A stretch of DNA of 63,878 nucleotides, filler included, from Reclinomonas americana ATCC 50394 (taxonomy: Eukaryota): NCBI GenBank assembly GCA_048213135.1. It is 5 parts of 5 records of this genome, joined end to end, with 100 filler letters (N's around TTAATTAATTAA, not from the genome) between each part and the next. Parts side by side here need not be neighbours in the genome. Positions count along the whole stretch, not along the records: positions 27,771 to 49,206 come from PS015165.1; positions 49,307 to 59,744 come from PS015166.1; 3 more parts are not named here. One strand, written 5' to 3'. A program made the translations under genes and the position numbers. The notes beneath the pieces were generated by a model that was given only the letters and a program-made list of their open reading frames with translations, made no database searches and had not been told where the DNA came from. Numbering within the stretch: the stretch's first letter is position 1; every line of letters begins with the position of its first letter. This document shows positions 41,701 through 55,782 of this stretch, one piece after another.

Positions 41701-43205
41701 AGGGATAGGCCACAGCCTGCGGCCTCGGTAACTCCGTTGCCTGTGTTGCCGCCGCTGCCGGTTGTCGTGCCCAGCTCTTTGTCGGACTCTGACACTGAGG
41801 CACCGGCAGCAGCAGCTGCCGCACGACCGCGTCTCGATCTCGGACCGGTGACCGTCGCCGACGACGACGAACCGCCTCTGGTCGACCAAGCCGCCGCGGA
41901 AAGTCGAGCGAAACGCCTGGCAGGTCTGCGTGAACGCTCTGCCCAGCGGCGAGAGGCCGCACTCCAACAGCTGGCAGCCTCGGTGAATGCCTCGAATGGC
42001 ACCTCCGCCGCACCCGCGACCCCTGCGCCGTCGGCCTCGCGGTTGGCGCTCGAGACCATCACCAATCGGCAGCTTGGATTGCCTCCCGCAGCGGCCGAGA
42101 GTTCAACAGCAGCGGCGGCAGACGCAACGCGCGGGCGTGCTCCGTCCAATGCGAGCAACGGATCGCCTCCTTCAGCCGCACCGTCGTCGCCGCGAGTCGC
42201 CGCCCTCGGTGCATCGACATTCAATATGGACTCGTTTGTCATTGGTGCTGCCTCGCCGCGGCGACGTAGCACGCTGAAGGCGGGTGGCGCGCCGAGTGCG
42301 GCAGTCATTGCGGCGGCGGCTGCTGCTGCTGCACCAACAGCAACGCCAGCACCGGCACCGGCCGTCGTGGCCACAGTACCCGCACAACAAGCGCAGGCCC
42401 CTGCTCCGGCACCAGTTGCTCCTTCTCCAGCCCCTGCTGCTCCAGTTGCTCCTTCTCCAGCCCCAGCTCCTGCTCCAACTCCTGTTGCTGTAGCACCGGC
42501 TGTGGCCGCCGCTCCTGCACCCTTGGTTGTGGTGGCTGATCCACCTTCGCCTTCCACTCCATCGAGTGAAGCACTCACACCGTCGTCGCCGGCAAGCAAC
42601 GCGTCAACACCGCGACGTGGGTCGACGACCGAGTTGCCCGCTCGCCTCATGTCGACCAACGACATTGTCATTGCCGCCAGTGCGCGTCGTCGCAGTAAAC
42701 GCAACAGCCGCACTGGTCTGCCGATGATGGAGGGTGCCGGCGACATGTCACCGACCTCCAGCGACGTCATTTCTCCCGGCACGCCGTCGACCCCGGTGCA
42801 AGTGAGTTAGTCGTCTCTCTCATCGAAACTCGCAGCGCCTCTCACTGACCTCCTGAACTTGCACGCAGAGCCCGCCGTCGGCTGTCGCTGCCACAGCGAC
42901 CACCGCCACCACTGTTACTGCTTCTCCTGCGCCGGCAGCGGCAGCGACACCTGCACCAGCGGCAGCACCTGCACCAGCACCTGCGCCTGCGGCACCACCT
43001 GCTGCAGCGCCGAATCCGAAGCTGCGGTGGTTGGCGGCCACTTCTGCCGACGGTGGCACATATTACTACGGTATGGGATACTATGGGGCGATATCTCTAT
43101 CTCTCTGGCGTGCTAGTTTCTGAAATATATATTCGTGCTGCAGACCCAGCCACACGCGAGACGGTGTGGACCCTCCCACCAGGCGAAGGTCTCAAACCAA
43201 AATGA
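35299..43205 (+). CDS. Very large Pro/Ala/Ser-rich protein with coiled-coil segments and a C-terminal WW domain; 5' end and a middle part in gaps
   Basis: Long open exons (35778-36645, 39700-40377, 41200-42801); last two exons splice to LRWLAATSADGGTYYYDPATRETVWTLPPGEGLKPK*. Continuity across the gap is assumed. Confidence 0.7.
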
Positions 43206-43253
43206 TGACACGGCAGTGGCCAGATTGCATTGCTTCTTTGGTAACTGGCGGCT

Positions 43254-46200
43254 CTACATGGCGGCATACTCGCAATGCTCTCCCGACCAGCCGTCGGCGC
43301 AGAGGCACGTATCGTCGTCGTTGCACGTTCCGTGGCCGTTGCATGAGCCTGCGGGTGTGCAAGCGGCTGTGACACGTCACATGATAGAAACATTCACAAG
43401 TGCAATGTGAGTGTGTTGTGAAGGCACATAATTGATAATGAATCATAGTATGCACTGGACAACAGCAGCGTACCGACGATTTCGATTGGATGAGAGGTGG
43501 CGACGCGGCCTTCGTAGCCAAACTTGATAAAGTCTTTGTAGGCGCGAATCTCCCACTTGGAGCCAGCGACAGCTGTCGCTGGCACCACCAGGTCGTTCGT
43601 GTTGCCAGAGGCGGTATTGGGAAGCCACAGCCACTACGCACAGCAGACATGAGCGCGAGGAGAAAACAAGCAGAGTCGACGAATGAGTACCTTGGGTCCG
43701 TCGGTGTTGTACGGTGCGGAGACTTGCACCAGACTGATGAAAGAGTGGAATGAGAGTGGGAAACAATGAATACAGCAGATGCACGCCCTCGTCGCGTACC
43801 TGAGCCAGTTGCGCTCTCCGCTCGGGAAGCCAGTCCATGACACGGGAACAATGTCATTGGGCTTGGCGCGAGTCTTGCGCACGCTGATACTGGCGCCTCG
43901 CTCTGATATGGCGCGACCTCAGTCAGTATGCGTTCTACAACATATTCCAGGACGCGAGACAACTCACCGTCGCACGACGATCCCTCCCAGCCCATGTTGC
44001 ACTCGCAGCGACCAGAAATCGGGTGGCACGTGCCTATTGCAGAGCAGAGTGAGCAGTGAAGCAGCGACGCAACACACTGGACATTGTTTGCGTCACCGTT
44101 GCCGCCGCAAGTGTGATGCGGATGGCATCGGCAATTGGCCTCGGAGCCAACCCAGCCATCGGTGCACTCGCATGTTCCATCAGCACTGCATGTGCCGTGA
44201 TCTGCCAAACAGAAGACGGCGATCAGTCAGCTCCTTCACTCACTCCCTTGCGAGAGTGCATCAATAGCATTCTCACCTCCACACTTATCGCACGCAGTCA
44301 GGCAAGCATCGCCGTACCAGCCAGAGAGGCATTGCGCACAGTTCGTCGCGCCATCGTAGTTGGTCATGCACAAGCACCTGCCATTGTCGCACACGCCGTT
44401 GCCGAAACAGTCGTTGGGGCACGAGGAGCTGCCGGGTACGGCGAAGTTGTCGCCCGAGATTACCACCGAGAAATCCTGCGGTCCGCGCGGAAGTGCCGCA
44501 GCCGAAACCACCTAGAGAAGACCACGTGCGTCAGGATTGAGGAATGGACTGCGGAAAGCAGGCGCCATTGTCACCCGCAACAATGGTGTAGTCGCCAGCG
44601 GCGAGGTCAGTGAGAACGACGCGCTCCTTGGAATTGCTGCAAAGAAGAAAACCAATGAGATGAACGGTGCGCCTCACAGCTCAGCAGCCGGTATCTACAC
44701 ACACGCAACAGTCGATCTGGCACTTTGTCGACGTAGAGGAAGTTGCCTTGTCCCTGCGGCAGCACCGAGGCCGTGCTCTTCTTGTGCACCTCCAGGTCGA
44801 GGTCCGACTGCAGGGCCTTGGCGTTACCGGAGGAGACCAGAGCGGGCGGATAGTCGGTCCAGGCCAGCGTGATCGAGATGCGAGTGGCGACGCCCACGGG
44901 CACAGAGAAAGTGCGCTCCCACTTGGCCCCGGCTTGTGTCAGCAAGCTGCTGTCGGCACTCAGCACCACCGTAGTCGGGTACTGCTCGCCAGTCAGCGAG
45001 AACAGATTGGAGGCTTGCACGCGACCGAAACCAGTTGTCTGTCCGCGCGCGCCCGGTGTTTTGAGTTTGCTCTCGGTGAGGGTCACCGGCTGCGCCGCGT
45101 TGATGAGAAGTGCGCGCATCAGGGACGAGGGCGGGTTGCGGATGGGGCGCGGTGGCGACGGTGCAGTGCACTTGGTGGGCGGATTCGGGTAGCACTCGGT
45201 CATCCACTGGTACAAGCTCGCTGCGAGGGGTAAGTGTGAGTGCGCATGACAGACATTCGCGCTGCGTAGTCTGTCACTGCCACTTACACATGACGCCAGC
45301 CGTGTTGGGGGTGGCCATGCTGCGAGAGAATGAGAGATGGGCGGGACTGTGAACAGGAGAGATAAAGAAGAAGACGTTGGCATACCTGGTGCCGGAGAAA
45401 CGAGCCAGATGGAAATCCACAGCATGCTCGTCCACTATATTCATCGCCAATAAGATGATGATGAACACCAGCACAGGTCGTGTTTCAGAACGCAACAGTT
45501 CTCACGTGTTCCGGCACCGCACTTGTTCACACTGCTTGCGGCCGCGGAGCCGGCCGAGAAGATCGGATTACCACTGTGACACGAGGTGATTCAGCAAGAG
45601 CCAAGTCCACGATGAATGAGTGAGCAAGCAGGAGGAATGCGCAACGCCATGACAACACTGCAAGAGCGTGTGAGTTCAATTCTGTGACAGAATGATCATG
45701 AAGACAAAGGCACGCAACTCAATGCCCATGCGGCCATCCGTCAACGGACCTGCATTGGATGAGCACATCGGTCGCGCAATCAAATGTCGACTCCAAGAGG
45801 AAACACAAACCGCGAGACGAAAACGGCGCAATCTCGTCGCCAGCCTTGACGCGACCCGTGTCGGTGGCTCCCACCACCAGTGCATTCTTCACGTGACCTT
45901 CCCCGTCAACCTGCTCAGACAGCCGCCCAACGTGAGGACCAAGAAAGCGGGGAAAGGAGGGGTGTGGCGAACCGTTTTAGCACGCGGCCCTTCGTTGCCG
46001 GCGGCAAAGAGCACGGAGAAATCCTACACGCACCACATCTCTCTTCAGCTTGTGGTGTGCAGGGTGTGGAGGGCATAACAGTGTGGCATCACCTTGTGCT
46101 TCCACAGATACCGATCGACGCTCAGCGAGTACGAGTCATAGCTGCGACCACCACCCCACGAATGACTCGAAATGCGAGCTGTACGCCCAGAATCGATGAG

Positions 46201-48032
46201 TGCCATGCGTTTCGGTGCAAATGGTGATGGCTCACTGTGACGCACCTCCATTTCGATACATGATGCCGAAGAAGGATTCGCCCAGCTCATACGGTGGATA
46301 CACGCCACCGTCGTTTGCCTTGCAGAATTGGTCGCAACCGCACGGAATGTCAGGAGGGCACGAGCAGCCGGATGAGTCGTACCCCTCGGTGTTGCACGAC
46401 AGGTCGTACATGATGAGACGTGCGTCCTGGGGCGTAGTTACGGTTATCAGAGTGGAGCCCGAACCAAATTGTTGACAGGAGGAGCAAGCGTACCTTGGCC
46501 ATGCCGTTGTACTGTCGACACAATGCAGTCTTAGTTGTGGCATATGAGAAAGAAATGATGAGGCATGCGCACCTTGGCAAGTGCCGGGGACCAGGGCGAT
46601 GCGTTGCCAGCCACTGTGCCACTCACATGGGTGCCTGTGAAGCATGAGCAGCAGTGAGATGTCGATGCGGATGTCAGTGTTATGCATGGCACTTTTTCCC
46701 CAACCGTGATCTGCATGCAACACGGGGTGTCAGCGAAACAAGAAAGCAGGAAACGATCAATGCCACGAACCTGAGAGGCCATCGCTGCCGTGGTCCATCA
46801 GATTAAAGTAGCCTGCAATCAAAGATCTTGTGTGTGAGGTTGATGATTTGGATGGAAGCAGCGCGATGACCAGACGCACCTGCAATCTTGCGATGCTTGG
46901 AGGTGAACTTGTGGAACTGGTCGCGTGAGTACTCCACCGGCTCTGTGATCACACGAAAATTGTGAGCCAATTGCAGAACAGCGCTCAACTCTCATCACGC
47001 ACCGTTCTTGTCGTAAAAGAAGCACGAGTTGGTATCGAGACCCGTGTCGGACACGGCGACGGTGACACCGCGGCCCGACAGAATCTCACTCAGAGGCTCG
47101 TCGAACGCCACACCATTCTGCCAGTGCCAGCGTGCACGCGAGTTGTGTGCAAAACGCTTGTGCACAATCTCCACCCACAGCACACGCGGTTCGCGTGCCA
47201 CCGCCTGCGAAACCTGGTGCACCTGCTCGAGTGAACGCAACCGCACGGCCACCATGTCGCCATGCTCACCGTGCGCCACCTCGGCCGACTCGACATCGAA
47301 ACCGCCGCTCACCAGCCGCTGTCGCAGCTCGTCGGCGAACTGGCCGGTCGAGCCCTGTTCTGGTGGCGTGAGCACACAAACTCCTCTGGTCAGCACATCG
47401 GTATGGGCACACAGACCTCGAGTGGATGCGAGGCCACTTGCACATGCAACAGCGGCAGCACATCGTCGGCCTTTGCCTGCACCTCATCGCTGCGCATCTG
47501 CACCAAGCGTGCGCTCTCCTTGAAACGACGCTCGTACCAGAACACGCCAAACACCTGCTGCTCGTGTCGCTCGCCCAACTCGCGCTCCACCGCCTCAGCC
47601 GCACGCGCCGAGGCGTAAAAGACGTAGGCGCGATCAGGCACGAACTGCACATAAATCGAGCTCTTTGACTGCTGTTGCTGCTTGTTGGCGTCGCTATCGT
47701 TGTTTTCCGTCACATCCACGCGGTGGATAATGTCGCGAATGAGGTTCTCCATCGCCGGTGATGGGGTGGAGGTGGCGCGCAACGTGACCAGATAGGTGGA
47801 TCGCGACTCCACCTCGGGAGTGGACGAGGGCGACGTGGACAGTGGGCTGTCAGGGTGAGAGGGAATGAGAGAGGGGGGTGGGGAAGGGAGGGAGAGCGAG
47901 GCGAGAATATGAGCAGCTGCTTTGCTTTTTGTCTCTCACGATCTCTCTCGGCGCCTTCTTACGCTCTCTTGTTGTTGCCAGTCTGCCCTCTCCTTCTTCT
48001 TCTTCTCTCTGTCTCTCCCTCACTCTCACGCG

Positions 48033-48076
<44 letters not shown>

Positions 48077-48382
48077 CTCTCTCTCTCTTCCTTCACTCTT
48101 TCTCTCTCTCTTCTCTTCTGTCATGACGCAACGCAATCGCCTCTGTCTGGGAGTGCACATGCCGCGGCACGAGCGAGGATGGGTGCAGTGAGAAGCCATT
48201 CAGGTGCACCTGTGTGTGCGTGTGTGACCACAAGATCGTCAGCTCACAAGTGCGCGTGTATGTGAGTGTGTGAGCAGCGCGTTTCTTCTCACTTCTTCAG
48301 AGACAGCTGCGGCACGAGGCAACGAGCATGCCACGAGGATCAGCACACACAGCAGTGACACGACCGCTGTCGTCAGCCGCAT
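43254..48382 (-). CDS. Secreted S8 subtilisin-like serine protease (KP-43/Dictyostelium Tag-like catalytic domain) with C-terminal beta domain and EGF-like repeats, >20 exons
   Basis: Signal peptide; VAVSDTGLD (Asp), DHGTHVSGTVAG (His), SHSWG, FAAGNEG, FSGTSMATP (Ser), ITLAWTDYP, EGF units such as CPNDCFGNGVCDNGRCLC. Confidence 0.93.
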
Positions 48383-48506
48383 GTCTTTTCTCGCACTCTC
48401 AAAGAAAAACGGATTTTCCCGCCAACACTGCTCAGTTCGGTTTTTGATGCCAGCCTTCTTTGCAAAACACCATTCATTTTTCTTCATTCGCAACAAGCAC
48501 ACAGTA

Positions 48507-49206
48507 TTACTTTCTTCGGTGCCCAAAGCGCTTCGATCTTGATGTGACCACGCGCTCCGACTGCTCGCGCACCACTCGCTCCAGAGTCGGTGCTTGCAGC
48601 GTGAGATCGTCGCGAGAGATCTCGCACGGTTCCAGGCGGTCCCAGATGCACTGCAATATCATGTACGCTCGGTAAGTTATGATGAAAAACGCACGCATTT
48701 GCTGCTGCTGTGATAAAACGCAACATTCTTGGGGGCCATCAGCGTATCGCGAGCGGCCTGCTCCACGCTGGCCATGGCCATGTCGGTGAGCACCGTGCTG
48801 TTCAGCAGCTCCTCGAGCATCACGTGCTCAGCGTTGCTCTGGCGGCGCAGCTCCGTGTCTTCGGGTGACGATGGAGCCGAGGTCGACATGCGCGACGGGT
48901 GTGGATACGGGGAGCGGATGGGCAGGTCGCTCAGATCGTCGACTGCACGCTTGAAGCGATGCGCCCCGCGGACGGCCGGGAAGAGACCTGTTGACCAGCA
49001 ATGAGAAACAAATCACACACAGAAACAAAACACCCTCACTCTCGTACCTCCCGACGTATGCTGCGCCAAGTCCGCAAACGACGTTGTCGACTTGTGTGGC
49101 GGAGCACGTTCCTTTCTGGGCGACCGTGGCTTGGGCGGCGGCGACACGGACTGGTTGTGAGCGGCGCGGAACGGCGACATGGACGGCACTGCACCGAGCG
49201 CAATGG
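48507..49206 (-). CDS. 3' three exons of an uncharacterised protein
   Basis: Spliceable frame ending ...VREQSERVVTSRSKRFGHRRK*; 5' end truncated by contig end. Confidence 0.55.
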
Positions 49207-49546
49207 NNNNNNNNNNNNNNNNNNNNNNNNNNNNNNNNNNNNNNNNNNNNTTAATTAATTAANNNNNNNNNNNNNNNNNNNNNNNNNNNNNNNNNNNNNN
49301 NNNNNNAGTGGCTGACATGGTTCGCTGTGCTGTGCAAGGAGGGAGAGGGAGGGAGATAGAGAGAGAACGGAGTTCGCAGGAAGAAGATAAGACAGCAAAA
49401 TGTGATGAGTCCCGCGGGCTTTGGCTCGCCGTCGAAAGGGCAACAATCTTTGCTCTGCCTGTCTGCAGTGCTCCAGCAAGAAGTTTGCCGAAGCATGTTG
49501 TTGTGCAAACAGACGTTCATTTTAAAGAGGAGAGTCTGCCAGTTAA

Positions 49547-50629
49547 TCACAAGCGCAGCTCGGGATCCGCGAAGCAGCGATTGACCACGACCTCGGCCTC
49601 CTCGACAATGAAGCAGCGCAGCACCATCTCTGGCAAGCAGCGCGAGTCCACGTCATCCTCGCTCGCCTCCCGCAACTGCATCTCTTGCACAACTTGCATG
49701 ACTGAGCGCGCGCAGTCGAGTTCCAGTCGCGCGAGACCGCATATTGTTGACCACACTCGCACAGTCGTGTCGCCACTCCCACTGACAACGTGTTGGCCGT
49801 CGAGAGTGATGGCGACAGAATTCACTGCCGAAGTGTGTCCCTCCAATCGGCTTACTTCTCCACTCGTCAACGACCACACTCGCACGTTCTTGTCATCTCC
49901 ACTCACAACATGTTGTCCATCGGGAGCGACAGCGACAGAGCTCACCCACCCAGCGCATCCCTCCAATCGTCGCACCTCTTCGCCGCTCGCCAACGACCAC
50001 AGTCGCATAGTCTCACCCAACCTCACGCTTATTATGCCATGGCCATCGACCGCCTTTACCAGATCGGTGTGCCCCTCCAGCCGCTGCATCTCCTCGCCAC
50101 TCGACAGCGACACCACACGGACTGTTTTGTCACCACCGCCACTAACGGTATGCTGACCATCGGGAGTGATGACAACAGAGTACACTGCCCCAGTGTGGCT
50201 CTCATACCGTCTCACCTCCTCTCCACTCACCAACGACCACACACGCACAGTGCTGTCCATACTCGCACTCACGACATGCTGGGAGTCACGGGTGACGGCA
50301 ACAGCATACACTCCAGCAGTGTGTCCCTCCAATCGCCGCACCTCCTCTCCACTCGCCAGCGACCACACACGCACGATTGGGGCTTGACTCCCACTCACAA
50401 CATGCTGGCCTTCGGGAGTGACGGCGACAGACCACACCTCGTCGGTGTGTCCCTCCAGTCGTCGCACCTCAGCGCCACTTGCCAGTGACCACACTCGCAC
50501 GGTGTCAGCACACCCACCCACAACATGCTTTCCATCGGGAGTAATGGCGACAGAGTGCACCTTATCAAAGGATGCATCGTTATGTGCAAGCACCCGCTGG
50601 TGGAAGAGGAGCGAAGGAGTGGAAGTCAT
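49547..50629 (-). CDS. WD40 protein B, intronless paralogue of 9573-10684
   Basis: Same repeat consensus (VRVWSLASGEEVRRLEGHT) and homologous tail RCLPEMVLRCFI. Confidence 0.9.
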   Translation of the reverse strand: MTSTPSLLFHQRVLAHNDASFDKVHSVAITPDGKHVVGGCADTVRVWSLASGAEVRRLEGHTDEVWSVAVTPEGQHVVSGSQAPIVRVWSLASGEEVRRLEGHTAGVYAVAVTRDSQHVVSASMDSTVRVWSLVSGEEVRRYESHTGAVYSVVITPDGQHTVSGGGDKTVRVVSLSSGEEMQRLEGHTDLVKAVDGHGIISVRLGETMRLWSLASGEEVRRLEGCAGWVSSVAVAPDGQHVVSGDDKNVRVWSLTSGEVSRLEGHTSAVNSVAITLDGQHVVSGSGDTTVRVWSTICGLARLELDCARSVMQVVQEMQLREASEDDVDSRCLPEMVLRCFIVEEAEVVVNRCFADPELRL

Positions 50630-50701
50630 TTGCTCGTGAAGCAAAGAGAATTCGAAAGGCGGCAAGTGAAATTCCCGCGCACTCTCTCTCTCTTGTCTCT
50701 C

Positions 50702-51872
50702 ATGTGGAGTGCGGAGTTGCCGTCCTCCTCGTCGACATCGACCGCGGCGGCGGCCACTGCGTCCGTGGCCGCAGCGGCGGCATTGACTCCGATGGTGGTT
50801 GATGAGGATGCGTGGGAGAGTGATCGGGTAAAGTCGTTATTGAAGGAGGTGAGCAGGAGAGAGAGAGAAGGAGGGAGGGAGGGAGAGAGAGAGGGAAGAG
50901 GGAGGAGGGAAGAGGGAGGAGGGAAGAGGGAGGGATGGAGGGAGGGAGTGAGGGAGGAATTAGGGAAGAGGAAAGGGGGAAGGAGTGTGTGCACTCACTC
51001 ATTCTCTCACTTGTCTCTCCCACTCACTCTCTCTCAAGCTCACTCACTCACTCACTCACTCACTCACTCACTCACTTTCTCACTCACACACTCACACACT
51101 CACTCACTCACTCACTCACTCACTCACTCACTCACTCACTCACTCACTCACTCACTCACTCACTCACTCACTCACTCACTCACTCACACACATGCACTCA
51201 CTCACTCACTCTCTCACTCACTCACTCACTCACTCACGCTCCCCTTCCCTCCGTCTCCCTTCTCCTCACTCTCCCTCCCTTCTCCCCCTTTCCCTCCCTT
51301 CCCCTCCAGGAACGCATGTTGCGACAGGAGCTCGCCACCATTGAGCGACGCCTGCTCGACGCCGAGGAAGCCTACTTGGAATCAACATGGACCGGACAGC
51401 GCGGCAACGCCATTCGCGGCTGGTCAGCAGGCGGCAATCGACAGCCACTGTTGGGTGCTGCTGGTGCGTGCGACTCCATCCTCTGCTCCTTCTCTCTTCG
51501 CCCTCTTCTCACACACGCGCAGGTGGCAAGGGCGCCGTGTCGGCCTCTCGATCGGGGCGTGGCAAGGGCGCAGGCGGTGCCATCAGTCTCATTGGTTCCG
51601 GTGCGGTGTCGATGCCGGGCGCCAAGCCGATGCTGGCGGCACCGGCGAATGAAGCCGGTGGTGAGGGTCGGCATCAGTCGTCGTCGGCGTATGCCACACG
51701 CAGCGGCAGCAACGCCGGTCACAAGACGACGGCGGCGGCCGTGGAGGTGTTTGAGGGCGAGACGCTGTTTTCGCTGTCGAGTTTCTCGAGCCCGGCCATG
51801 GAGAAGTACCATGGCACGGTGTTGAGCAGTCATCAGCGGTCGGATGTGGACTGGTCGTTCTTGAAGACATGA
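50702..51872 (+). CDS. MEAF6: NuA4/MYST complex subunit Eaf6/MEAF6-like, 3 exons
   Basis: LRQELATIERRLLDAEEAYLEST...GNAIRGW and ETLFSLSS motifs. Confidence 0.85.
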
Positions 51873-51913
51873 TGAAGGGGAGGGTGAATGAATCGGCGTG
51901 TGGACTGTTATTA

Positions 51914-54263
<2,350 letters not shown>

Positions 54264-54405
54264 GGCTCATAATGAGAGAAATCGGACGCAAGACGACACG
54301 CAGGACGACTTGTGTTGGCGGGTGCGGGTGTTGCGGTGAGTGAGGCGCGTATGCTGGGAATGTTCAGGCAGTGGGTGATTGCAGTGCTGAGTGGCGGAGC
54401 ACTCG

Positions 54406-54890
54406 ATGTTCGGTTTCTTGTCATTCGCGACGTTTTCCAATCCTCCGAGGCCTGGGCACTGGCCATGTTCAATGCCACCCCTCTATCGCGCATAGTGCTT
54501 CATTCTCCTTGACATCACCTTCCTATTAGCAGGCTGCCAGCCCCTGCAAGCAAAAGTGCAGATGTTCGGTATTTTCAAGTTTGATCGCGCCCGACGATTC
54601 TCGCTCCCCTCTGATGCAGCTTTCCTCACTGCCGCATTATCTAGTGACCTAGGTGCACTTGCACGCAAGCCACCGTTATGCCATTTGCAAGCACCACTCC
54701 TTCCAGCACAAGTTCAAATGTTCGGTTTTTGCATGTTCGACGTTTTCCAACCCGTGCGTTGCTTCTTTCCTCTCTCCCACACCAACAAACTCCCTATATT
54801 CTCTTGCAAGTCGTGGTTGCACAGGCTGCAAACATCGTTCCCTGCAATCACAAGTTCGCATGTTCGGTTTTTGCATGTTCGACGTCCGCG
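54406..54890. repeat. Four copies of an ATGTTCGGTTTT...CGACGT motif at 156/156/142-bp spacing
   Basis: Copies start at 54406, 54562, 54718 and 54860. Confidence 0.75.
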
Positions 54891-55782
54891 ACGTTCTCAC
54901 ACCCACGCAATCGCCTCTTCACACAGCAAGCACTCTCCACCACACTGCACTGCCTCCTCCTCCACCAACACACGCAGTGCATGCGAGATTCGCCGCCGAG
55001 CGACCAAGTCCCACATGCGTCCCACTGAGCTGCAACGGTCAGTTCGCATTTCTTCCAAGACAACACACAGAGAGAGAGAGAGAGATTGTGTTTCATTGCA
55101 GATTCTCTGTGCACACATACACTNNNNNNNNNNNNNNNNNNNNNNNNNNNNNNNNNNNNNNNNNNNNNNNNNNNNNNNNNNNNNNNNNNNNNNNNNNNNN
55201 NNNNNNNNNNNNNNNNNNNNNNNNNNNNNNNNNNNNNNNNNNNNNNNNNNNNNNNNNNNNNNNNNNNNNNNNNNNNNNNNNNNNNNNNNNNNNNNNNNNN
55301 NNNNNNNNNNNNNNNNNNNNNNNNNNNNNNNNNNNNNNNNNNNNNNNNNNNNNNNNNNNNNNNNNNNNNNNNNNNNNNNNNNNNNNNNNNNNNNNNNNNN
55401 NNNNNNNNNNNNNNNNNNNNNNNNNNNNNNNNNNNNNNNNNNNNNNNNNNNNNNNNNNNNNNNNNNNNNNNNNNNNNNNNNNNNNNNNNNNNNNNNNNNN
55501 NNNNNNNNNNNNNNNNNNNNNNNNNNNNNNNNNNNNNNNNNNNNNNNNNNNNNNNNNNNNNNNNNNNNNNNNNNNNNNNNNNNNNNNNNNNNNNNNNNNN
55601 NNNNNNNNNNNNNNNNNNNNNNNNNNNNNNNNNNNNNNNNNNNNNNNNNNNNNNNNNNNNNNNNNNNNNNNNNNNNNNNNNNNNNNNNNNNNNNNNNNNN
55701 NNNNNNNNNNNNNNNNNNNNNNNAAGAGCGCCTTGGACAACTCATCCCTCTCTCTTTCTCTTTCTCTCTTTCTCTCTCTGCA

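Noticed and set aside
41373-42782. 469-aa antisense ORF opposite the Pro/Ala-rich exon
   Set aside because: Expected shadow ORF of GC-rich low-complexity coding sequence.
54406-54890. CRISPR-like repeat-spacer appearance
   Set aside because: Repeats are degenerate, spacers are ~125 bp and partly homologous, the context is eukaryotic and there are no cas genes.
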